Positions 47,142-52,679 of a stretch of 52,679 nucleotides of DNA are shown here, in pieces. Made by a program: the position numbers and the translations under genes. Location of the stretch: NCBI GenBank assembly GCA_964417765.1, contig CAYQIX010000001.1:1-52679 (forward strand), in the 5' to 3' direction. This DNA is from an uncultured Desulfurococcaceae archaeon (lineage in GTDB: Archaea > Thermoproteota > Thermoprotei_A > Sulfolobales > NBVN01). The notes under the pieces were generated by a model. The model saw only the letters and a program-made list of their open reading frames with translations. It was not told the DNA's origin and did not search any database. The stretch's first letter is position 1; every line of letters begins with the position of its first letter.

Positions 47142-47867
47142 TTAAAGAGTGTTCTCTAACCTGCTGCTCTTACTTGACCTCATAGAGTGCTGTACGCTCG
47201 TAAGCTTAGGGAGTCCGACTGCGTGTTTCTTCAGCAACCATACACCTAGATATACGAAGGGAGTATCTAGTGCAGCAATAATTACTTTGAACAGCCACAA
47301 GCTAATAGTCATTATTGCTAGGTCAGCTACTGCAATTACGCCGTAGAAGGCTATGAACGTAAATACAGCTGAGTCTATTAGCTGACTCACGATCGTTGAT
47401 GCATTATTACGTACCCACAGCCACCTACCCTTAGTTATCTCTCTCCACTTCCAGAATGCCCAGACGTCGTGATGCTGGCTAATGAGGTACGCGACTATTG
47501 AAGCAGCAACGATCCGCGTCTGTAGACCGAATACTCTCTGATAAAGCTCTTCCATGCTGGGCTCAAGAGGCGGAAGAACCCAGTCCATCCATATGAGTGC
47601 AAGCATTATTACCTCAGCTGCCAGGCCCGCCCATACTACGTAAACAGCCTTCCGCTTACCGTAGACCTCGTCGATAATGTCAGTTATAGGGAATGTGAAG
47701 CAGTAGGCTATCGTTCCAGCAGGAACTATCAGTCCTAGAAATTGCGTTATCTTAACACCAGCAGCTATGTTAGCAAAGACTATGGTAGCTGAAAATATAC
47801 CTGAAAGTAGCGTCAGCACAAGCACGTCACGCTCGGTTACTACCTTCACTTCACTCATGCCTATCAC
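47142..47867 (-). CDS. yhhQ: Queuosine/archaeosine-precursor (preQ0) transporter, YhhQ/VUT (DUF165) family
   Basis: Polytopic 241 aa protein. FANIAAGVKI...FPITDIIDEVYGKR and ...VSQLIDSAVF... blocks are typical of YhhQ. Confidence 0.75.
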   Translation of the reverse strand: MIGMSEVKVVTERDVLVLTLLSGIFSATIVFANIAAGVKITQFLGLIVPAGTIAYCFTFPITDIIDEVYGKRKAVYVVWAGLAAEVIMLALIWMDWVLPPLEPSMEELYQRVFGLQTRIVAASIVAYLISQHHDVWAFWKWREITKGRWLWVRNNASTIVSQLIDSAVFTFIAFYGVIAVADLAIMTISLWLFKVIIAALDTPFVYLGVWLLKKHAVGLPKLTSVQHSMRSSKSSRLENTL

Positions 47868-47935
47868 CTCAGGCTGTGGGGTCCTCTATTACTGAGTATG
47901 TAGGGGATTATTAGAATTACTGCTTGGAGCTCCAG

Positions 47936-48412
47936 TTAAGCTTCCTTCCTAGACCTTCTGGTAACAGTTGCAATTAGAGCTATTCCTACTACTGCTAGTA
48001 TAGCTCCTGCGATGAATTTGGCCGAAGCCACTAAGTAATTCCATAACCAAGCTAAAATGTCCGGAAGAGACCACCCGGTCAGCGGATGTATAGCTATTAA
48101 GACTCCTGCTGCGATTAGTAGAGCACCAACAACGATAATAGCGATTTTACTAGCTTCTTTAAGTTCCTCCGAAACTGCTTTGGATTCTTCTCTCGCTTCT
48201 TTGGTGCTTTCATGCTCTGTTTTCTTGGGCATGAGCACGCAGGCTGCAATGTACAGTATTATTGCTATGCCTGGATTAACTACGAAGAGCGCTATAGCTG
48301 CCAGCCTGATTAATACAGGGTCGACTCTTAAGTACTCAGCTAAGCCTCCGCAGACTCCGCATAACATTTTCTCTTTTTCACTTCTATAAATTCTCTTCAT
48401 TGCGGCACCCAA
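47936..48412 (-). CDS. PspC-domain membrane protein
   Basis: MKRIYRSEKEKMLCGVCGGLAEYLRVDPVLIRLAAIALF is a canonical PspC domain. The real start is probably the internal ATG at 48400 (MKRIYRS). Confidence 0.75.
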   Translation of the reverse strand: MGAAMKRIYRSEKEKMLCGVCGGLAEYLRVDPVLIRLAAIALFVVNPGIAIILYIAACVLMPKKTEHESTKEAREESKAVSEELKEASKIAIIVVGALLIAAGVLIAIHPLTGWSLPDILAWLWNYLVASAKFIAGAILAVVGIALIATVTRRSRKEA

Positions 48413-48535
48413 TACTTTCTCTAGTTAAGTTAAGGACATAGGGTGTTAATATTCTTAAATGGTAAGTAGTCTCGATTCATGATAGTACTAGAATTGTGAG
48501 GCTTTTCTTAGTTTAATGCAGTGAAAAGCGGCAGG

Positions 48536-49198
48536 TTACCTAGTAGTGATCTCTATACCAGGTATCCTCAGCTTGCTCTCTAGCCACTTGAAACCTACTG
48601 TAGCAGCTGTAGTCATCGCTAGATATATGACTGCTAACGTCATGAAGATCTCTATCGGCATGAACCACTGAGAATTGAAGGTCTTCGCTACTGAGAACAT
48701 CTCAGGCACACCCACCACGAATGCTAGTGACGAGTACTTTATCATGTAGATCAGCTCATTAGATATGCCGGGTAGCGCGCGCCTTATAGCCTGCGGCAGA
48801 ATTATATACAGTACCTCCTGCATCTTAGTCATTCCTAACGCTCTAGCAGCTAGTGACTGACCTATATCAATGGATCTTATTGCGCCTCTGACATACTCAG
48901 ACTGGTATGAGCCACTACACAGTATGAATCCTATTACAGCAGCCCAGTAAGGCGTGAGGTAGATTCCGAAGTCAGCTAAACCAAAAAATAGAATTAGGAG
49001 TGTTACCATGAGTGGAAAACCCCTAAAAATAACTACTATGGCTGTTGCGAGTACGCGGGCTACTCTACCGCCATAAACTCTGGCTGTCCCGAGTAGAATT
49101 CCTAGAGCTACGCTAACAGGCATTGCTATAGCTAGCAGCTTTAGTGTGGTAATGACTCCGCTGAAGAGTGCTGGCAGGAACTCTTCCCAGAAGCTCAT
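48536..49198 (-). CDS. Polar amino-acid ABC transporter permease (HisM/GlnP-type)
   Basis: 220 aa, about 5 TM helices, EAA-loop-like AARALGMTKMQEVLYIILPQAIRRALPG. 4-nt overlap with the ATPase gene. Confidence 0.85.
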   Translation of the reverse strand: MSFWEEFLPALFSGVITTLKLLAIAMPVSVALGILLGTARVYGGRVARVLATAIVVIFRGFPLMVTLLILFFGLADFGIYLTPYWAAVIGFILCSGSYQSEYVRGAIRSIDIGQSLAARALGMTKMQEVLYIILPQAIRRALPGISNELIYMIKYSSLAFVVGVPEMFSVAKTFNSQWFMPIEIFMTLAVIYLAMTTAATVGFKWLESKLRIPGIEITTR

Positions 49199-49956
49199 CT
49201 CCTTTCACCGTATAATCTCCCGATTTTCTCGAAGAACTTCTTTGTGACTTCGTGCTTCGGGTTAAAGACCACTTCCTTAGGCGGACCTTTCTCGAGGATC
49301 TTCCCGTCATACATGAACATGATTTCATCAGCTACTTCCAGCGCGAAGCCTATCTCGTGCGTTACAACCAGACCTGTTACGCCTTTCCTGGCAAGCTCCT
49401 TCATTACCTGAAGTACCTCGCCAACGAGCTGCGGGTCGAGAGCTGATGTCGGCTCGTCATAGAGTATTATTACCGGATCCATAGCTAGTGCTCTAGCAAT
49501 AGCGACCCTCTGCTTCTGACCTCCTGAGAGCTGTGCTGGGTACTTGTGCCATAGATCCTCAGTTATGTGGACAGTCAGCAGTGCCTCCTTAGCACTCCTC
49601 AGTGCTTCCTCCTTAGGCATTTTCTTAACCTTAGTAAGCCCTATCATCACGTTCTCTAAGGCTGTCAGGTGGTGGAACAGGTTGAATTCTTGGAATACGA
49701 AACCTATCTTCTGCCTCATCTTGTTGATGTCGACCTTAGGATCAGTTAGCTCTATGTCCTCAAGCCAAACTCTTCCCTTGTCAGGCATCGTCAGCAAGTT
49801 TAGGCATCTTAGTAGGGTGCTCTTGCCTGCTCCACTAGGTCCTGCAATTACCTTCGTTTCACCCTTCCTTATCTCGAAGGTGACTCCCTTAAGTACCTGT
49901 AGCTTACCATAGCTCTTGTGAATATCCTCTGCTCTTAAAACTACATCCCCACTCAT
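49195..49956 (-). CDS. Polar amino-acid ABC transporter ATP-binding protein (GlnQ-type)
   Basis: GPSGAGKSTLLRC, LSGGQKQRVAIARAL and ILYDEPTSALD motifs. Confidence 0.9.
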   Translation of the reverse strand: MSGDVVLRAEDIHKSYGKLQVLKGVTFEIRKGETKVIAGPSGAGKSTLLRCLNLLTMPDKGRVWLEDIELTDPKVDINKMRQKIGFVFQEFNLFHHLTALENVMIGLTKVKKMPKEEALRSAKEALLTVHITEDLWHKYPAQLSGGQKQRVAIARALAMDPVIILYDEPTSALDPQLVGEVLQVMKELARKGVTGLVVTHEIGFALEVADEIMFMYDGKILEKGPPKEVVFNPKHEVTKKFFEKIGRLYGERR

Positions 49957-49957
49957 C

Positions 49958-50635
49958 TCACATCCCTCCTTTCACGAGACCTGGGATCTGGACTTTTTCA
50001 TATATTATGTTGAATATTTTGGTTCCACCATAAGTGAGGATTATAAATAATATACCTGCGAAGAGGTAGGGTATGAAGTAAATTCCTGTCGAGATGGCTA
50101 CGTATCTAGTTCTGGTCAATATCTCCATAACGCCTAGCGCGAAACATATGGCTGAGTCCTTGAGCAGTATTGCGTACTCATTTGTCCAGCCAGGTATCGC
50201 AATCCTCAGTGCCTGCGGCAGCACTATATGTATTATTGCCTGAGTTTTAGTCATGCCTATTGACCTAGCAGCTAGCATCTGGCCTTCCTCAACGGATTGG
50301 ATGGCACCACGGAATATCTGGGATTGGTAAGCACCGCTTCTGAGTCCTAAGACAATCATGCTCGTAACTAGTGCCGACAGCTTGAATCCCATAGCAGGAA
50401 AAACACCCCAGTAGAATAAGAATAGCAGAACCAGCAGTGGAACTCCTCTGAAGAACCAGACGTAAACGTCTAGGATGGTCTTAATTATCCTGCCACCGTA
50501 GACCTGACCTATGGCTATGGGCAAACCTATAATAAATCCTAATCCAAGCCCTCCACCAACCAGCGCAAAAGTCCACAGAGCTCCCTCAATGATGTAGGGG
50601 AAGTACGGTAGTAATGCCTCGATGTTGATGTTCAT
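49958..50635 (-). CDS. Polar amino-acid ABC transporter permease (second subunit)
   Basis: 225 aa with AARSIGMTKTQAIIHIVLPQALRIAIPG. Ends 1 nt before the ATPase start. Confidence 0.85.
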   Translation of the reverse strand: MNINIEALLPYFPYIIEGALWTFALVGGGLGLGFIIGLPIAIGQVYGGRIIKTILDVYVWFFRGVPLLVLLFLFYWGVFPAMGFKLSALVTSMIVLGLRSGAYQSQIFRGAIQSVEEGQMLAARSIGMTKTQAIIHIVLPQALRIAIPGWTNEYAILLKDSAICFALGVMEILTRTRYVAISTGIYFIPYLFAGILFIILTYGGTKIFNIIYEKVQIPGLVKGGM

Positions 50636-50735
50636 GCTATCACTTCTCTTACGAGATATTTGTAATTTGTAAGGGAAAAATAAACTTTTAGTTAAAACAG
50701 GTAGTTAGTTTTTATAATCAAGACTTACGGATTGT

Positions 50736-51596
50736 TTACTTTAGATTCCATTTCTCTAGTAATTTATCCCACTCAGGGCTATGCATTAGCTCCCACAGTG
50801 CTTCATTAATCTTATCCCTCAGCCACTTGTCCTCAGGTCTGGTAGCGATTGCGTAGCACTCTGGCGCACCTAGTGTAGTAACTACCTTCAGCTTGTCAGC
50901 AATCTCAGGGTGCTGCTTTAAGTACGGCTCGAAGAATGCTGAGTCAGTGATGCATGCTATAGCTCTTCCATTTAGAACAGCTTCAACAGCAGCTACGTAG
51001 GAGTCTAAGCCTAGTTTCTTGAAGTTGTAGCCAGCCTTCAGTAATCTATCAGCCCACTCATCTGCTGTTGCACCCAGCTGTACAGCTATGTACTGACCTG
51101 AATTCAGAATTTCTTCTGCTGACATCTTCACGTCTGACCTAGTTACTAGCTGGTGGATGTATGTGTAGTAAGGTACTGAGAACCATATCTTCTTACATCT
51201 CTCGGCAGTAACAGTCATTCCTGACGCAATTATGTCTATGTCACCCTTCTCTAGTGCTGTCACAATTGTGGACCAGTCCCATGGCTTGTGAATTACTTTC
51301 CACCCATACTTCTTAGCCATCCAGTCAACTACATCCACGTCGAAGCCCAAAGCTGTTCCATTAGGTGCTACATACGTAAATGGCGGGTAGTTAGCGTCGA
51401 AGCCATGTATTATTGTGACCTCACCCTTAGGTTCCTCCGTGAACTTCCCTTTAGGATACGCACAGAGCTCTTGTGCTGTTGGAATGTGCGGCATGGGCTT
51501 AGCAAACCAGCCGACCACGCCACCTATGACTAAGCCGATTACTAATCCAACTACTAAGTATAGTACTGCTTTATTCAAAGAGTAACCCCATTTCAA
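50736..51596 (-). CDS. Polar amino-acid ABC transporter substrate-binding protein (SBP family 3) with N-terminal anchor
   Basis: N-terminal TM (AVLYLVVGLVIGLVIGGVVGW), then GFDANYPPFTY and DIIASGMT blocks of type-3 binding proteins. TTG start. Confidence 0.8.
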   Translation of the reverse strand: MKWGYSLNKAVLYLVVGLVIGLVIGGVVGWFAKPMPHIPTAQELCAYPKGKFTEEPKGEVTIIHGFDANYPPFTYVAPNGTALGFDVDVVDWMAKKYGWKVIHKPWDWSTIVTALEKGDIDIIASGMTVTAERCKKIWFSVPYYTYIHQLVTRSDVKMSAEEILNSGQYIAVQLGATADEWADRLLKAGYNFKKLGLDSYVAAVEAVLNGRAIACITDSAFFEPYLKQHPEIADKLKVVTTLGAPECYAIATRPEDKWLRDKINEALWELMHSPEWDKLLEKWNLK

Positions 51597-51819
51597 AAAT
51601 TCAAGATAATCTTTAAAAAATTTACCTATTGAATCTAGGTACAGTCGAATAGTTAGCTATAAATGTTTTTGCACTTTAACATGAAAATCATGAACTTGAA
51701 AGCACTTTGTTATTGCGAGTTGATGTAGTTTAATATACAGTGTTAAGTTAGGTGTTCAAAAATCCCATGTAGCACACGAACTTATTCGTGAAGAAACTAG
51801 TTTTTATTCGGGTTGATAA

Positions 51820-52679
51820 TTGAGAATAAGAAGTATAGTTATTACATGCTCCCTTGCTCTAACTCTCGCCCTCATAGCTTCAGCTATATTTATGAATACG
51901 CATATTCAGCAAAAATTACCTACTACGACGACTGGCGAGAAAGTAACTTCCTCAATTATGAAGAAATATGCAACAGTGGTTAATTACCTCGAATTAACTG
52001 TATTAGTCGACAATTACTCCTACAATAAGACATTAGTTACTGCATGGGGACTATCTATATACTGCGTGGCTGATAATGTTACGTTTTTATTCGATACAGG
52101 ACCTGACGACTACGCATTATGTCGTAACTCTGAACTACTAGGCATAAACCTAAGTAGTATTGACTTTGTTGTGCTGAGTCACGAACACGGTGATCATGTA
52201 GGTGGTCTTAACTACGTAGCTAAGTTACGAAGAGGAATTAAGGTATACGTCCCCTCATCAAGTAGAGACTTAATTAGCTACGTGTCTAGCTTAGGACTAA
52301 ATCCCGTACCTGTCCATAATACAGTAACTGTAGCTAAAGGTGTCTTCATCGTAGGGGAGGTTTATGGGCCGCCATATGAGATTGCAGTAGCTATTAATAC
52401 GAGTAAGGGCTTTGTTGTTGTGGTAGGTTGCAGCCATGCAGGCGTTACGACGTTCTTGAGGAAGGTCAGTGAAGAGTTTGGCGGGAGAATATATGCTGTA
52501 ATAGGTGGTTTTCACTTATTTTCAGCACCTAAGGACTTGGTTGTGGATGTAGCTGAAGAGATTGTGGATATGGGGGCAAGGAAGATTTACCCTATACACT
52601 GTAGTGGAGACTATATAAGGCATTATCTAGCAGTTAACTACCCAGCCATTTATGGTGACGGCGGAGTTGGGATGAGGGT
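51820..52679 (+). CDS. MBL-fold metallo-hydrolase (COG1237-like) with N-terminal hydrophobic segment; 3' end outside window
   Basis: Not in the supplied ORF track because there is no stop inside the window. My own translation from TTG 51820 reads LRIRSIVITCSLALTLALIASAIF...WGLSIYCVADNVTFLFDTGPD...VVLSHEHGDHVGGLNYV...VVVGCSHAGV...GGFHL...IHCSG. HxHxDH and downstream His/Cys ligands are present. The start is uncertain (alternative ATG 51892). Confidence 0.7.
   Translation, partial: MRIRSIVITCSLALTLALIASAIFMNTHIQQKLPTTTTGEKVTSSIMKKYATVVNYLELTVLVDNYSYNKTLVTAWGLSIYCVADNVTFLFDTGPDDYALCRNSELLGINLSSIDFVVLSHEHGDHVGGLNYVAKLRRGIKVYVPSSSRDLISYVSSLGLNPVPVHNTVTVAKGVFIVGEVYGPPYEIAVAINTSKGFVVVVGCSHAGVTTFLRKVSEEFGGRIYAVIGGFHLFSAPKDLVVDVAEEIVDMGARKIYPIHCSGDYIRHYLAVNYPAIYGDGGVGMR

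Noticed and set aside
1-52679. Window-wide look for mobile elements, integrases, toxin-antitoxin pairs, restriction-modification or other defence genes, and rRNA/tRNA genes.
   Set aside because: None of the translated ORFs showed transposase, integrase, nuclease or methylase motifs that I could recognise, and no long inverted or direct repeats bracket any block. Absence is by eye only. A tRNAscan/Infernal and defence-HMM scan would be needed to be sure.

Overview
This looks like an archaeal chromosomal segment, probably from a crenarchaeal (Thermoproteota-style) anaerobic thermophile. Supporting signs are an archaeal-type peroxiredoxin, a tungsten-type aldehyde:ferredoxin oxidoreductase (AOR), Thr/Pro-linker solute-binding proteins, A/T-rich TATA-like promoters, many GTG/TTG starts and 1-17 nt gene overlaps. 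I can support about 50 protein genes. By eye I found no rRNA, tRNA, CRISPR array, transposase or integrase. Gene order: 3' end of cysS; a small HExxH peptidase; two tandem DUF131-like membrane genes; a MobA-like transferase; an orphan P-loop protein; a minus-strand purine operon (guaA, purine PRTase, purB, purA, FAD protein); peroxiredoxin plus flavodiiron protein; MATE and MFS transporters; a fucose/arabinose-isomerase-family gene; tldD-pmbA followed by a transglutaminase-like membrane protein; a pentose block (rpiA, xylB-like, rpe, PfkB kinase, RbsBAC-like ABC); a MacB-type ABC system around a 1205-aa nine-repeat surface protein; two MinD/ferredoxin ATPases plus a NifX-like protein; a thioredoxin-CcdA fusion; aor with a divergent run of rSAM/SPASM maturase, MoaD-like protein, orphan TldD-like peptidase and creatininase-family hydrolase; a ferritin-VIT1 gene split by a frameshift in a G5 run; YhhQ; PspC; a polar amino-acid ABC operon; and an MBL-fold gene that runs off the 3' edge and is absent from the ORF track. 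Most of the window is housekeeping. The best candidates for undescribed biology are (1) the AOR-linked rSAM / MoaD-like(GGS) / TldD-like / creatininase run, which has the enzyme set of peptide-derived cofactor pathways, (2) the MacB-type ABC plus giant repeat surface protein, and (3) the MinD-ferredoxin/NifX-like trio next to the Trx-CcdA fusion. All functional calls rest on motifs read from the translations. No database search was run.
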